64,000 nt of DNA from Planctomycetota bacterium (GTDB lineage: Bacteria > Planctomycetota > JAJSAM01 > JAJVHW01). Below the pieces are notes generated by a model, which saw nothing but the letters and a program-made list of their open reading frames with translations, ran no database searches and was not told where the DNA came from. Below, in pieces: positions 40,461-56,098 of this stretch; position 1 is the first letter of the stretch, and the number at the start of each line of letters is the position of its first letter. The position numbers and the translations under genes are program-made. The stretch spans positions 192,001 to 256,000 of the forward strand of contig CBDFJG010000001.1 of NCBI GenBank assembly GCA_965248445.1, written 5' to 3'.

Positions 40461-41810
40461 TTGCCGTCCACCCCGCGCCCCCCTCTGCTCGAGCGCCTCG
40501 CCCTGCACCGCACCGAACTGCGGGCCTGGGCCATGTACGACTGGGGCAACTCGGCCTTCTTCACGACGGTCGTCTCAGCAGTCTTCCCCGTCTATCTGTT
40601 CAAGGTCGCTGACGCCTCGCTCACGGGGGAGGAGACCACCGCCGCGCTCATGTGGGCGAACGCCGGCGCGCTCGGTTTCACGGCGCTGATGGCGCCCTTC
40701 CTGGGTGCGATCGCCGACATGGGCGGTCTTCGCAAGCGGTTCCTCGCGGTCTTCCTGGCCATCGGCGTGACAGCGACGGCCGGCCTGTTCTTCGTGGAGC
40801 CCGGCAAGCATGAGCTCGGGCTGTGGCTGTTCGCCCTCGCGAACGTCGGCGCGTTCGGCACGATGGTGTTCTACGACGCGCTCCTCCCGCACATCGCGAG
40901 CGATGGCGAGTTGGATCAGCTCTCGACCTCCGCGTACGCACTCGGGTACCTGGGCGGAGGCCTGCTGCTCGCCGCTCAACTGCTGGTCATCTCCAATCCC
41001 GGATGGCTCGGTGTGGCAGAGGACTCGACGCTGCTGGTGCGGCTTGTGCTTCTCTCGGTCGCCGTGTGGTGGGTGCTGTTCTCGATCCCTCTGTTCCGCT
41101 GTGTCACGGAGCCGGTCGTCAAGGACCGGCCGCGCGCGACCGCGGCAGTGCGCGCGGCGTTCGTGCAACTCACGGCGACCGTCAAGGAGCTGAAGCTCTA
41201 CCGCCACGCAATGGTGCTGCTCATTGCGTACCTGGTCTACGCAGACGGGATCGGAACGGTCTTCCGCCTTGCGGCCGTCTACTCCAAGGAGATCGGGTTC
41301 GACGACAAGGTGATCATCACCGCGCTGCTCCTCACGCAGTTCCTGGGTGTGCCCGCCGCGTTCGCCTTCGGGCGGCTGGCCGCCAAGACCGGTACGAAGC
41401 GGGCGATCCTCGGCGCACTCGTCGTCTACATGCTTGCGTGCCTGCTGGGCAGCCAGATGCGCACCGAGGTGCACCTGTTCACACTGGCCGGGATGATCGC
41501 GCTCGTGCAGGGCGGCACGCAGGCGCTCAGTCGCTCTCTGTTCGCTTCGATGATCCCGAAGAAGCGCTCCGCCGAGTTCTTCGCGGTGTTCGCGATCTTC
41601 GAGAAGGTCGGGGGCCTGTTCGGCCCGATTGCGTTCATCCAGTTGCAGCGAGCGTTCTCGGACCCGGGCGTCCCCGGGCAGGGCAGCCGCTACGCCGTGG
41701 CGTGCGTCGCCATCGTGTTCGTCATCGGCTTCCTGTTGCTGACGCGGGTCGACGTGGACGCCGGCCGCGAGGCGGTAGCGAGACTCAACGCTTCTGACGC
41801 GGGCGAATGA
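40461..41810 (+). CDS. MFS transporter (UMF1/Atg22-like)
   Basis: AWAMYDWGNSAF, FYDALLP, GYLGG, QGGTQALSRS; about 12 TM segments. Confidence 0.9.
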   Translation: MPSTPRPPLLERLALHRTELRAWAMYDWGNSAFFTTVVSAVFPVYLFKVADASLTGEETTAALMWANAGALGFTALMAPFLGAIADMGGLRKRFLAVFLAIGVTATAGLFFVEPGKHELGLWLFALANVGAFGTMVFYDALLPHIASDGELDQLSTSAYALGYLGGGLLLAAQLLVISNPGWLGVAEDSTLLVRLVLLSVAVWWVLFSIPLFRCVTEPVVKDRPRATAAVRAAFVQLTATVKELKLYRHAMVLLIAYLVYADGIGTVFRLAAVYSKEIGFDDKVIITALLLTQFLGVPAAFAFGRLAAKTGTKRAILGALVVYMLACLLGSQMRTEVHLFTLAGMIALVQGGTQALSRSLFASMIPKKRSAEFFAVFAIFEKVGGLFGPIAFIQLQRAFSDPGVPGQGSRYAVACVAIVFVIGFLLLTRVDVDAGREAVARLNASDAGE

Positions 41811-43338
41811 CCTTCGCGAGCGTGTTGTAGAAGTACTTCAGCAGCATCAGCCAGAGCGAGGACCCGCGCTGCGAGCCGCCGTGCAGCAGGATGCGCAGGT
41901 CCCGCTGGTCGCCGGTCGACAACAGCCCACCCTTCAGCACGTGCGCGTCGTGGGAGGCGAGCGCGGACTCCATGTGCTTCTCGAGCGCGCTCCGCAAGCC
42001 CTCGATGAACTCTCGCGCGACCGCGTCTGGCTGTTCGCGCGACAGCATCGTCAGATGGGCCATGAGCAGCGCCGCTCGCTTCATTGCGTCGGGCGGCGCG
42101 GGGGACGCCTCGAGTTGGAGTAGCAGCTGCCGCGTGAGTTCCTTCAGTGCCTCGAGTTGCCGGTCGCTCAGGTGGAACGCCTCCGCCGGGTCGAGGTCGT
42201 CGATCTCGATGTAGAGATTCGCGATGCGCTCGATCTCGTGGCCGTACTCCTCGCGCAGCTTGTCGCCGACCTTGCGCTGTTCTCCTGCCACGCGGTCGAG
42301 CTCGGCCTCGATCCCTCTTCGCACCTCTCCGCCCGGCTCGCCGCGCGCAGCGTCCTCCAGGCGGCGACGGCGCTGACGGAGTTGGATGACCCGCTGTCCG
42401 AGCCGCGTCTCGGGGTCGCCTCGGAAGTCGAGGACGTCCTTCACGTACTGGTCCGTCGGGAACACGCGCGCGTGACCGATCTTCACGCAGTGCAACCGGA
42501 TGTCGGCACCGAGTGCCTCACGCAAGATGCTCTCGTGGATACGTGCGGCGCCGTCCGTGACGACCAGGATCTCCGCGCCGGCCAGCGTGCCGTGCTCCCG
42601 CACGTCCTCGCATGCCGCGAGGATCGCGCGTTCGAGGCAGGTCCCGTTCCCGAGCACGTGGATGCGGGCGATGCGCCGGATCAAAGCGTCGAACTCGGTG
42701 CGGGTGCGCGCCGAGTGCAGCGGGCCGACGTCCACGTCGAACGTTCGCAGGAACACCTGGCCCATCTCCCGCCGGTTCTCGCGGAGGAAGTGGATCACGG
42801 CCGACTTCGCGAGCGCGAAGCGGTGCGAAAGCGCCATCGACTTCGACGTGTCGAGCAGGACGTGGACCTTCTGCTTCGCAGGAGTCGGTGAGAAGTCGTC
42901 GCCGCCCGAGTCGATGGCGCGGATGCGCGGGGCCTTGGCCATCGGGAAGACGAGCGTCCGGTCCGCGAGGCGTCGCAGGAAGACCTCTTCGGGCAGCAGG
43001 TGCTGCCACGAGTACACGTAGCGGACGTCGCTCCAGCTCCGGATGAACTCGGCTTCGTACTCCTCGCCGGCCGGGACCTCGACGATCTGCGCGTCGCTCT
43101 TGGTCGTGGTGTCCGGCGGTGCGATGTCCTGAGCCGGTGCGAGCTCCATCGCTGCGGCCAGGCGGCTGCGAATGCTGCTGTCGGGGTCCGACAGCACGCG
43201 GCCGATCTCGAACACCGCGCTGAAGCCGGTCGGAAGCTGGTCCTCAAGGTTGTCGAGGAGCCCGAGTCGCTCCATCTCGAAGAGGAAATCGTCGTAAGTG
43301 GAGAGGGCGCCGACGTCGAGTTCGCCGGTCGCGGTCAC
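41785..43338 (-). CDS. vWA domain protein (partner of the MoxR ATPase)
   Basis: MIDAS LDTSKSM, GNGT, VVTDG; GTGA overlap with the ATPase stop. Confidence 0.82.
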   Translation of the reverse strand: MTATGELDVGALSTYDDFLFEMERLGLLDNLEDQLPTGFSAVFEIGRVLSDPDSSIRSRLAAAMELAPAQDIAPPDTTTKSDAQIVEVPAGEEYEAEFIRSWSDVRYVYSWQHLLPEEVFLRRLADRTLVFPMAKAPRIRAIDSGGDDFSPTPAKQKVHVLLDTSKSMALSHRFALAKSAVIHFLRENRREMGQVFLRTFDVDVGPLHSARTRTEFDALIRRIARIHVLGNGTCLERAILAACEDVREHGTLAGAEILVVTDGAARIHESILREALGADIRLHCVKIGHARVFPTDQYVKDVLDFRGDPETRLGQRVIQLRQRRRRLEDAARGEPGGEVRRGIEAELDRVAGEQRKVGDKLREEYGHEIERIANLYIEIDDLDPAEAFHLSDRQLEALKELTRQLLLQLEASPAPPDAMKRAALLMAHLTMLSREQPDAVAREFIEGLRSALEKHMESALASHDAHVLKGGLLSTGDQRDLRILLHGGSQRGSSLWLMLLKYFYNTLAKVIRPRQKR

Positions 43339-44636
43339 TCCCAGCCCTCGTCCGGGTTGAAGATCTGGTTGATCTCGTCGATGAGGCGGAGGCGCAGTAG
43401 GCGGATCTCGTCGGTCAACGGCTCGATGCCCTCGACGTAGTCGATCAGGAGCCGTCGGCTGTGCTGCGCACTCGTCTCCCCGAGGCCGAGCCTCTCCTTC
43501 GCCCACGTGAGGATGGACCGCTTGACCGGCGATGACGCCAGGTCGGCGATCGGCTGCTCGACGAGAGCCGGATCGTCCTGCACACGGTCGAGGACGTCCT
43601 GCAGCTCGAGCAAGTGGTGCAGTTGGTCGAATGCGTGGGAAGCGGTGTAGTGGTTGCGCAGGCTCTCGTACGCGCGCAGGAAGCACTCTTCCTCCTCGCG
43701 GACGCCGGCCGTGCAGAGCAGCACGGGCATCTTCCCGACGTCGGCGAGCACGACCTCGAGCCGCCCGTTCATGACGGCGACCGCGCGGAGTGCGTCGAGG
43801 GTCTTCGCCTGCGTGCGGGGGGAGATGTAGAACTCCGGCTTCCCGCCCTCGAACGTGCCCTGCTGCTTGCGCATGCGGCGCAGTTGCGTCTCGTAGTGAC
43901 GCAGCACCAGGTTGGCGAAGAACATGATCTCGTGCGGAACCTGGACAATGACGTCCGGGTCGTGGCCGCGGATCACCCTCGAGAGTCGCTGCAACGCTGC
44001 GAACGGCATCACGGACTCCGGAGTCGCGATGCCGCCCCGGTGCAGCACGAATTGCTGCGAGATGCGGTACATGAAGAACGGTTCGCGGTCTGGCTCGATC
44101 ACGGCCTTGTAGAGGAAGCGGTCGAGCACGGCCTCGGTGATCTCGGTGACACGGATGTAGTTCGCTGCGCCGATCACCGTGTGGATTGGCGACGGGACGT
44201 CCTGAACGCCACGGACCAGACGCCGCTCGTTCAGCGTCGTGAGCAGCGCGCGCAGCGTGTAGTCGTTCGCGTCGAAGATCTCGTCGATGAACCCGAGTTC
44301 GCTCTCGACGAGCGAGCCCTCCGTGTTGTGGATGATCCGCCCGCGCTTGAGTTCCTCGAGGTCGAGCGCGCCGAAGTATGTGTCGGGCTGCTGTTCCTTG
44401 CTGGCCTGCATCCGGAACACGCGCGCGCCGCTGAACATCGCGAAGATCTGGTTGGCGAGGAGCGACTTGCCCACGCCGGTGCGCGCCGCCAGCAACACGT
44501 GCTCGCGCGTGAGCAGCGCGCAGAAGATCTTCTTCACGACGTCGGAGCGGTTGATCGCCCGCCGCTGGACGAAGGCGATCGCGCGGCGCACGTCGGCGAC
44601 TGCGGAGGCCAGTTCAGGGGGGAGCTGCGAGTCCAC
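43335..44636 (-). CDS. MoxR/RavA-type AAA+ ATPase
   Basis: EHVLLAARTGVGKS, FIDEIFDAN, LLTTLNER, AVLDRF, ISPR; start at GTG 44636 inferred. Confidence 0.85.
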   Translation of the reverse strand: MDSQLPPELASAVADVRRAIAFVQRRAINRSDVVKKIFCALLTREHVLLAARTGVGKSLLANQIFAMFSGARVFRMQASKEQQPDTYFGALDLEELKRGRIIHNTEGSLVESELGFIDEIFDANDYTLRALLTTLNERRLVRGVQDVPSPIHTVIGAANYIRVTEITEAVLDRFLYKAVIEPDREPFFMYRISQQFVLHRGGIATPESVMPFAALQRLSRVIRGHDPDVIVQVPHEIMFFANLVLRHYETQLRRMRKQQGTFEGGKPEFYISPRTQAKTLDALRAVAVMNGRLEVVLADVGKMPVLLCTAGVREEEECFLRAYESLRNHYTASHAFDQLHHLLELQDVLDRVQDDPALVEQPIADLASSPVKRSILTWAKERLGLGETSAQHSRRLLIDYVEGIEPLTDEIRLLRLRLIDEINQIFNPDEGWE

Positions 44637-44671
44637 GAGCGGCGGACGATAGCCGCCGTGCGTAGGCGGTA

Positions 44672-45118
44672 TCAAATGCCGACGAGAGCCGAGCGTGCCT
44701 CGGAGGGGCTCTGGGCGGCCGCCAGGAGGCCGCGGCGGGTCCCGTCGTTCAGGAGCGCCGCCAGCTCCCCGAGCAGCACGAGGTGCCGGCTGGCCTGCAC
44801 TGAGTTCGAGACGCAGAGGAGCACGATCCGGCAGGCGGCCCCGTCGATGGCGTCCCACTCGATGCCGGCGGGGGCGATTCCGAGAGCGCACAGGCTCCCC
44901 GCGACCCGATCCGTCCTGCCGTGCGGAATAGCGACTCCGCCGCCGATCCCGGTAGAGGCCTCGGCCTCCCGGGCCAACACGGCTGCGCGAGCGGCGGCGC
45001 GGGTCAGGTCGTCGTCGAACGGGAGGGCGTCGAGCAGTTCGTCGACGGCGGTGATCGGCGACGTCGCGCAGAGCGGTGCGCGGATCTGCGTGATCGGCAG
45101 TGCGGCGGCGAGTTCCAT
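44672..45118 (-). CDS. PTS IIA domain protein (PtsN/fructose-type)
   Basis: AVLAREAEASTGIGGGVAIPHGR, GIEWDAIDG. Confidence 0.88.
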   Translation of the reverse strand: MELAAALPITQIRAPLCATSPITAVDELLDALPFDDDLTRAAARAAVLAREAEASTGIGGGVAIPHGRTDRVAGSLCALGIAPAGIEWDAIDGAACRIVLLCVSNSVQASRHLVLLGELAALLNDGTRRGLLAAAQSPSEARSALVGI

Positions 45119-45239
45119 GAACGCGGCAAGCTACCCGGGCCCGGCGACTGCAAGATCCGCGCACCGGATCGTGTCGCGGCCGGAGCCCTCCTAGAATCGA
45201 CCACGGCCCGCGCACCGATTGGTGCGCGGGCCGTGCTGC

Positions 45240-46739
45240 GTAACCGTTCACCCCTTCGTCGCGAGCCAGGATCCAGATCGTTCGGCCATCGGTCGATCAA
45301 GATGTTGTGGGCGAGCGGCAGGACGAGGATCTGCGGGCGATGGTCGAGGGCCTTCTGGCCTGGATCGAGGAGCTGGAGCGTCGCGAAGCGAAGCATCTGC
45401 GCCGCATCGACGAGCTCGAGTCGCGTCTGAAGCGTGACTCCCGCAACAGCTCGAGGCCTCCGTCGTCGGACCCGGCGTGGTCCAAGCGCCGTCGCGGCCG
45501 AAGGCCGCGTAGCGGTCGCCAGCAGGGCGGACAGCCGGGCCATGAGGGCACGGCGCGCGAGCTGGTGGATCCGTCCAACGTCGATGAGACCAAGGAGCAC
45601 CGTCCCGACCTCTGCGACGCGTGCGGACACGACGATCTCGAGCAGGGCATCGGCGATCCGTACCGGCACCAGGTGACGGTGCTCCCGCGCGTGCTCGTCA
45701 CGGTGCGGGAGCACCGGCTGCACAAGGCGCGGTGCCGGCGCTGTCGTGCGGTCACGACGGCGGTCCTGCCCGATGGCGTGCCGACCGGGGCCTTCGGTCC
45801 GCGGCTGACCACACTTGCCGGCGCGCTGCGCGGCGTGTACCGCGTGAGCGTGCGGGAGACGCAGCGGCTGCTCGGTGAGATTTTCGGTGTGAAGATGTCG
45901 CTGGGCAAGATCAGCGACTGTGAGCGTCGGCTCAGTGACGCTCTGCACTCGTCGTACCTCGAAGCCCTCGGGGCAGTCCGCACGTCGCTGCGAGCCAACG
46001 TGGACGAGACGTCGTGGAAGGAACGGGGCCGGGTGTGCTGGCTGTGGGCGGCGGAGAGCGAGCACGCCACAGCCTTCGGGATCGATCGCCGCCGCAGTGC
46101 CAAGGCGAAAGGGCGGCTGATCGGGCGGCGCTTCGGTGGCACGGTGATCAGCGACCGGATGGGTGCCTACGAGTCACACCCACTTGCCCGCCGCCAGCTC
46201 TGCTGGGCGCACATCGAGCGCGCCTTCCGTGCGCTGGCCGAAGGCCCGCGAGGACATCGCCGCTTCGGCAACAAGGGCGTCATGATCGCGCAGTCGGTCA
46301 TGCGCAGCTACCGGCTCTTCGGTGAGCACGGCGACCGTGACCGGCTGCAAGGCGAAGCCGCTGTGCTGCGCGGACGGCTCGAGCGACTGATCGCGAACGA
46401 CGACTCGGCTCTGGCCAACCATCTGCGCCCCCGCGTGGTCGCCCTCTTCACCTATGCGCGGACCCAGGACGTGAGTCCGACGAACAACGCCGCCGAGCGC
46501 GCGGTCCGCAAAGCGGTGCTCTGGCGCAAGGGCTCCTTCGGAAGCCAGTCCGCTCGCGGACTCCGCTTCGCCGAGCGCGTGTTGACCGCCGCGGCCACGC
46601 TGCGACGCCGTGGCGACCAAGTCTTCGACTTCCTCGCCGACTCGGTCGCCGCGCACCTCACCGGCGCCGACCCGCCCGTCATGGTCCCGCTGCCCGTCGC
46701 ACGCTGAGGCTCACACGCTGTCAAGGGGTGAACGGTTAC
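45240..46739 (+). mobile_element. IS66-family insertion sequence (single-ORF, ISBst12-like), 1500 bp
   Basis: Perfect 17-bp terminal IRs GTAACCGTTCACCCCTT / AAGGGGTGAACGGTTAC. Confidence 0.93.
45307..46707 (+). CDS. IS66 transposase
   Basis: NSSRPPSSD, GGQPGHEG, CxxC zinc finger, VDETSW, ISDR..AY, QLCWAH, PTNNAAER. Confidence 0.94.
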   Translation: MGERQDEDLRAMVEGLLAWIEELERREAKHLRRIDELESRLKRDSRNSSRPPSSDPAWSKRRRGRRPRSGRQQGGQPGHEGTARELVDPSNVDETKEHRPDLCDACGHDDLEQGIGDPYRHQVTVLPRVLVTVREHRLHKARCRRCRAVTTAVLPDGVPTGAFGPRLTTLAGALRGVYRVSVRETQRLLGEIFGVKMSLGKISDCERRLSDALHSSYLEALGAVRTSLRANVDETSWKERGRVCWLWAAESEHATAFGIDRRRSAKAKGRLIGRRFGGTVISDRMGAYESHPLARRQLCWAHIERAFRALAEGPRGHRRFGNKGVMIAQSVMRSYRLFGEHGDRDRLQGEAAVLRGRLERLIANDDSALANHLRPRVVALFTYARTQDVSPTNNAAERAVRKAVLWRKGSFGSQSARGLRFAERVLTAAATLRRRGDQVFDFLADSVAAHLTGADPPVMVPLPVAR

Positions 46740-46856
46740 GCTCCAACTGCATCGTCTGCGTCAGCAGACGAGCCAGATGTCACGGACCGCGAAGGGTACT
46801 CATACGGCTTCCGGCCGGGCGGATATTCCATCCCGGCCCGACGCCCGTGGTTCGTT

Positions 46857-50996
<4,140 letters not shown>

Positions 50997-51081
50997 CGCT
51001 GCTCCTCCCCAATCAAGTGGATTGGGTACGGGACGTGGGTGCGGTGCGGGGTGGCGGTCTGACGAGTGGCGGCGGTCATTC

Positions 51082-54000
51082 TCAGAACGCCTGCCTTTCG
51101 AGCTCGATGTTCAGTGCGAGTCCCTTGATCTCGTTGCAGAGCACCTCGAACGACACGGGCGTGCCGGCTTCGAGGAGGTTCTCGCCCTTGACCATGGACT
51201 CGTAGATCTTGGTGCGACCGTCGACGTCGTCGGACTTGACGGTCAGCAACTCCTGCAGGATGTACGCGGCGCCGTACGCCTCGAGCGCCCACACTTCCAT
51301 CTCACCGAAGCGCTGGCCGCCGAAGCGCGCCTTGCCGCCGAGCGGCTGCTGGGTGATCAGGCTGTACGGTCCGGTCGCGCGCGCGTGCACCTTGTCGTCG
51401 ACGAGGTGGTGCAGCTTCAGCATGTAGATGATGCCGACGGTGACCTCCTGGTCGCACGGGTGTCCGGTGCGCCCGTCGATCACCTTGGTCGTGCCGGTCT
51501 TCGGCAGCCCGGCCTGCAACAGCATCTCTTCGATCTGCGCTTCGGTGCAGCCGTCGAACGCCGGTGTCGCGACGCGCCTGCCGAGCCGCTTGGCGGCCCA
51601 GCCGAGGTGCGTCTCGAGGATCTGCCCCACGTTCATGCGCGACGGCACGCCCAGCGGATTCAGGATGATGTCGACCGGAGTCCCGTCCTCGAGGTACGGC
51701 ATGTCCTCGATCGGGAGGATCTTGGAGACGACGCCCTTGTTTCCGTGCCGGCCGGCCATCTTGTCGCCCACCGAGAGGTGGCGCTTGGTCGCGACGTACA
51801 CGCGCACCATTTCGAGCACGCCGGTCGGCAGCTCGTCGCCGCGCGAGAGGCGGTTGACGCGCTTGTTCTTGTCGTTCTCGAGCGTGTCGATGCGGTCGAA
51901 CAGGTCTTTCACTACCCGTATGCCGCGGTCCTTACCCTTGCCGTCCTTCGAGTGGATAACCACCGACTTCAAGCGGTCACGCATCGCGCGCGCCTCGTTG
52001 ATGTTCATGTCGTCGGCGAACGCGAACGGCTTCTTCGTCTCGGGGTCGGTCAGCTTCCCGGAGAACGCTGCCTGAACCTTGTCGACGCACTCGCGCACGA
52101 GGCCCTTGTGGTCCGCGGTCAACCCGCGCTCGAGGCGCTTGATCTCCGCCAGGTTCTGCTGGCGCTCCTCCTCGGTCAGGTTCACCTTGCGCGTGAACTT
52201 CTCGGCATCGATGACGATGCCCTCGACGCCGGGCGGGACCTCGAGAGAGTCGTTCTTCACGTCCTCACCGGCGCGACCGAAGATCGCGTGCAGCAGCTTC
52301 TCCTCGGGAGACAGCTCGCTCTTGCTCTTCGGTGCGACCTTGCCGACAAGGATGTCGCCGGGTGAGACCCGCGTGCCCATGCGGATGACGCCGGTCTCGT
52401 CGAGATTGCGCAAGGCCTTCTCCGAGACGTTCGGGATGTCTCGCGTGAACTCCTCGCGACCGAGCTTCGTCTCGCGAATCTCTATCTCGAACTCCTCGAT
52501 GTGGATCGACGTGTACACGTCGCGCTTGAGGAGCCCCTCGGACACGATGATCGCGTCCTCGAAGTTGTATCCCTCCCACGACATGAAGGCGACGAGGACG
52601 TTCTTACCGAGCGCCAACTCGCCGTTCAGCGTGCCGCCGCCGTCCGCGAGGACCTGACCCTTCGTCACTTCCTGACCGAGCTCGATGCAGGGCTGCTGGT
52701 TCAGGCAAGTGCGCTCGTTCAGTCCGACGAACTTGCGGAGGCGGTACTCCTTCTCATCAACCAGGATGCGCTCGGCATCCACGTGCATGATCGTGCCGGA
52801 CTCCTGGGCGACGACGACCATCCCCGAGTAGCGCGGGACGTGTGCCTCCATGCCGGTGCCGACGACGGGCGGGTCCGTCCAGATCAGGGGCACCGCCTGG
52901 CGCATCATGTTCGAGCCCATCAGCGCGCGGTTCGCGTCATCGTGCTCGAGGAACGGCACCAGGGCGGCCGAGACGCCGACGACCTGGCGTGGCGAGACGT
53001 CGAGGTACTCGACCTCGAGCGGCGTCACGAGGACGAAGTCGCCCGCGCGGCGCGCCAACACACTGTCACCGGTGAGCTTGCCCGAGGGGTCGAGCGCAGC
53101 GTCTGCCGGTCCGAGTGTGGCCGCAGCTTCCTGGTCTGCGCGCAAGAGCTGGATGTCGTTGGTGACAGCACCCTTCTTCACCACGCGATACGGCGTGACG
53201 AGGAAGCCGTAATCATCAACGGACGCGTAGATCGCGAGCGACGAGATCAGGCCGATGTTCGTGCCTTCCGGCGTCTCGATCGGGCAGATACGGCCGTAGT
53301 GCGAGATGTGCACGTCGCGCACTTCGAAGCCGGCGCGCTTGCGGTTGAGGCCGCCCGGTCCGAGTGCCGAGAGACGGCGCTCGTGCGTCAGCTGCGAGAG
53401 CGGATTCGTCTGGTCCACGACCTGCGACAGTTCGCCGCGACCGAAGAAGTACTCGATTGCGGACGAGATCGTCTTGCTGTTGATCAGCTGGCGCGGCGTG
53501 AGCTTGGACGGTTCGTCCATGTTCATCCGCTCCTGGACGGTGCGGCGGAGCTTCAGGAAGCCCTTGCGCAATTCGTCCGACGCCAGTTCGCAGATGGAGC
53601 GCACGCGGCGGTTGCCGAGATGGTCGATGTCGTCCACCTCGCCCTCGCCGCGGCGGAGCTTCATCAGGTACTTGATGCAGTTGAGGAGATCCTCGGGCTT
53701 GAGCGTCTGCTCCGTTTCGGGGATGTTCAGGCCGTACTTCCGGTTGAGGCGGAAGCGTCCGACCTTGCCGAGGCGGTAGCGGGACGGATCGAAGAACTTG
53801 TCGCGGAACAGGTCGCGCGCCTTGTCGATGTTGGGCGGGTTGCCCGGACGCAGACGGCCGTAGATCTTGAGCAGCGCCTCCTCGTGGGACTGCGTGACGT
53901 CCTCGGCCAGTGTCTTGAGCAGCAGCTCGTCGTCGGACTCGGTCACGATCTCGACGGCCGGGACCCCGGCACCGGCGATGACGCCGGCCATGTCCTCGCT

Positions 54001-54771
54001 GATGACCTGCAGCGCGTCGCAGAAGATCTCGCCCGTGTCCGGGTTGACGACCTCTGCAGTCGGACGGCGCCCGGTGATCTGCGCACGGAACGTGCGCGCC
54101 GTCCGCGTGACAGTCTTGGTCTGATAGAAGAGCCGCAGGATGTCGGCGTCGCTCGAGTACTCCTCGGAGAGCGCGCGCAGCAAAGCCGTGCAGGGGAACT
54201 TACCGCTCTGATCGATGCGGACCTGCAGGAGGTCCTTCTTGCTGACGTTCAACTCGATCCACGAGCCGCGCTCCGGGATGATCCAGCAGGAGTGGAGCTT
54301 GCGTTCGCCCGACTCGATCGCGACCGAGAAGTCAACGCCCGGCGAGCGGTGCAGCTGTGTGACGATCACGCGCTCGGCGCCGTTGATGATGAACTCGCCG
54401 CCGCCCAGCATGAGCGGGATCTCGCCGAGGTAGACCTCCTCCTCGACAGCGTCTTCCTTGTCGAGGCGTACGCGCACCTTGAAGGGTGCGCCGTACGTGA
54501 GGCGCAGCCGGCGGCACTCGTCCGGCGTGTAGCGCGGGCGTCCGAGCTCGTAGCCGACGTACTCGAGCGAGATCTCCCCGTTGAACGACTTGATGGGGAA
54601 GATCTCGCGGAGGATGGCTTCGAGACCGACGTTTCGACGCTCGCTGTACGGAACGTCCGCCTGCAAGAAGTCGCTGTAGGCACGTGTCTGGAGCTCGACG
54701 AGATTCGGGACGTCGAGCACCTCGGTCACTGTGCCGAAGGACTCCATGGGTGGAACAACCTGAATGGTCAT
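51082..54771 (-). CDS. rpoB: RNA polymerase beta subunit
   Basis: [37 protein letters not shown]. Confidence 0.99.
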   Translation of the reverse strand: MTIQVVPPMESFGTVTEVLDVPNLVELQTRAYSDFLQADVPYSERRNVGLEAILREIFPIKSFNGEISLEYVGYELGRPRYTPDECRRLRLTYGAPFKVRVRLDKEDAVEEEVYLGEIPLMLGGGEFIINGAERVIVTQLHRSPGVDFSVAIESGERKLHSCWIIPERGSWIELNVSKKDLLQVRIDQSGKFPCTALLRALSEEYSSDADILRLFYQTKTVTRTARTFRAQITGRRPTAEVVNPDTGEIFCDALQVISEDMAGVIAGAGVPAVEIVTESDDELLLKTLAEDVTQSHEEALLKIYGRLRPGNPPNIDKARDLFRDKFFDPSRYRLGKVGRFRLNRKYGLNIPETEQTLKPEDLLNCIKYLMKLRRGEGEVDDIDHLGNRRVRSICELASDELRKGFLKLRRTVQERMNMDEPSKLTPRQLINSKTISSAIEYFFGRGELSQVVDQTNPLSQLTHERRLSALGPGGLNRKRAGFEVRDVHISHYGRICPIETPEGTNIGLISSLAIYASVDDYGFLVTPYRVVKKGAVTNDIQLLRADQEAAATLGPADAALDPSGKLTGDSVLARRAGDFVLVTPLEVEYLDVSPRQVVGVSAALVPFLEHDDANRALMGSNMMRQAVPLIWTDPPVVGTGMEAHVPRYSGMVVVAQESGTIMHVDAERILVDEKEYRLRKFVGLNERTCLNQQPCIELGQEVTKGQVLADGGGTLNGELALGKNVLVAFMSWEGYNFEDAIIVSEGLLKRDVYTSIHIEEFEIEIRETKLGREEFTRDIPNVSEKALRNLDETGVIRMGTRVSPGDILVGKVAPKSKSELSPEEKLLHAIFGRAGEDVKNDSLEVPPGVEGIVIDAEKFTRKVNLTEEERQQNLAEIKRLERGLTADHKGLVRECVDKVQAAFSGKLTDPETKKPFAFADDMNINEARAMRDRLKSVVIHSKDGKGKDRGIRVVKDLFDRIDTLENDKNKRVNRLSRGDELPTGVLEMVRVYVATKRHLSVGDKMAGRHGNKGVVSKILPIEDMPYLEDGTPVDIILNPLGVPSRMNVGQILETHLGWAAKRLGRRVATPAFDGCTEAQIEEMLLQAGLPKTGTTKVIDGRTGHPCDQEVTVGIIYMLKLHHLVDDKVHARATGPYSLITQQPLGGKARFGGQRFGEMEVWALEAYGAAYILQELLTVKSDDVDGRTKIYESMVKGENLLEAGTPVSFEVLCNEIKGLALNIELERQAF

Positions 54772-55029
54772 CGCGCGGGCTCTCCTGCTACGGGGTCAGG
54801 GGAGATGAGGTACGCGGGACACGGCAGCCCTGCCGCGCTCACGGACCGAAAGGACATCACTTCGCACGGAGTCCGGGGGACTCCGATCGACGGGCCATGG
54901 CGGCCACGCAACCCAACACTGCGGCGCGGATGAACATACGTTCCACCCGCCCCGTAGTGGGGCTGCTCGGAAACGGGCGACCGCGGTCGCCACTCGGACA
55001 CGGACTGTGCCGACAACTCCGTGCCGGAC

Positions 55030-55413
55030 CTACGAGAGGGCGACTTCGGCGCCGCTGGCTTCGAGTTCCGACTTGATCTTCTCGCCTTCTTCCTTGCTGA
55101 CGTCGTCCTTGACCACCGACGGCGCACCGCCCACGACCGCCTTGGCCTCTTTGAGACCGAGACCGGTGACGGCACGGACCGCCTTGATGACTTGGATCTT
55201 GTTCGCACCGAACGACTTGAGCTCGACCTTGAACGAAGTCTGCTCTTCGACTTCGGCCGCACCGCCGCCGCCACCGCCGACCGCCATGGCCATGGGCGCT
55301 GCCGCCGTGACACCGAATACTTCTTCGATCTGGTTCTTGAGCTCGGCGAGCTCGAGCGCCGTCATGCCCTTCAGGGCCTCGATCACGGTTTCCACCGTCT
55401 TGGACTCCGACAT
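55030..55413 (-). CDS. rplL: 50S ribosomal protein L7/L12
   Basis: [26 protein letters not shown]. Confidence 0.97.
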   Translation of the reverse strand: MSESKTVETVIEALKGMTALELAELKNQIEEVFGVTAAAPMAMAVGGGGGGAAEVEEQTSFKVELKSFGANKIQVIKAVRAVTGLGLKEAKAVVGGAPSVVKDDVSKEEGEKIKSELEASGAEVALS

Positions 55414-55546
55414 CGCGGGTCTCCTCCTGCTGCGTGCTCCCGCCTGCTGTTCGGGAGCAATACTGCGACTGCTTCCAGTCGCGACTTCAGCTCCGTCCTG
55501 TCCTGTTCATGACGCGGCCCGCTCACGCGGAACGCGAGGCCGGCGC

Positions 55547-56089
55547 TCAGGCGGCGTCGGCCTTCTCCTTCTGCTCTCGAACCGCGTCCACTGCGCGGGC
55601 GACTCCTGCGAGCATCTCGTTCAGCTGTCCGGCGATGTTCTGCATCGGTGCCACTACCGCGCTGGCGATCATCGAGAGGAGATCGTCGCGCGAGGGCAGC
55701 GTGGCCAGCGTGTTGACGTCGCCCACGGACAACACGCGGCCGTCCATGAACCCGCCGAGCACGTGAACGGTGCTCTCCTTGTTGGCCTTGGCGAAGTCGG
55801 TCACGATGCGCGAGACCGTCAGGACGCCTTCGTCGCCGCCGCCATGGGCCACGGCACTCATGCCCTCGAGCACGCCGCCGAGGCCGTCGAGCCCCATGTC
55901 GTCGAAGACCTTCGATGCGACACGGTTCTTCAGCACCGTCATCTGCGCACCCTCGGCGCGCAGCTTCGAGCGCAGGTCGTTGACGCGCGCGACCGTCAGA
56001 CGGTCGAGCTGCACGACGACGAGGCTCTTGTCGTCTCCCATCCGCGACTTGATGTCCGCGGCGATGTAGCGCTTGAGTGCTTTGCTCAC
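55547..56089 (-). CDS. rplJ: 50S ribosomal protein L10
   Basis: LRSKLR..VLKN, LATLPSRDDLL; position in the cluster. Confidence 0.95.
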   Translation of the reverse strand: MSKALKRYIAADIKSRMGDDKSLVVVQLDRLTVARVNDLRSKLRAEGAQMTVLKNRVASKVFDDMGLDGLGGVLEGMSAVAHGGGDEGVLTVSRIVTDFAKANKESTVHVLGGFMDGRVLSVGDVNTLATLPSRDDLLSMIASAVVAPMQNIAGQLNEMLAGVARAVDAVREQKEKADAA

Positions 56090-56098
56090 AAGGGCCTC

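Noticed and set aside
52501..54933. Long plus-strand ORFs antisense to rpoB/rpoC/tuf (and minus-strand ORFs antisense to atp genes)
   Set aside because: Antisense shadows caused by high-GC codon bias.
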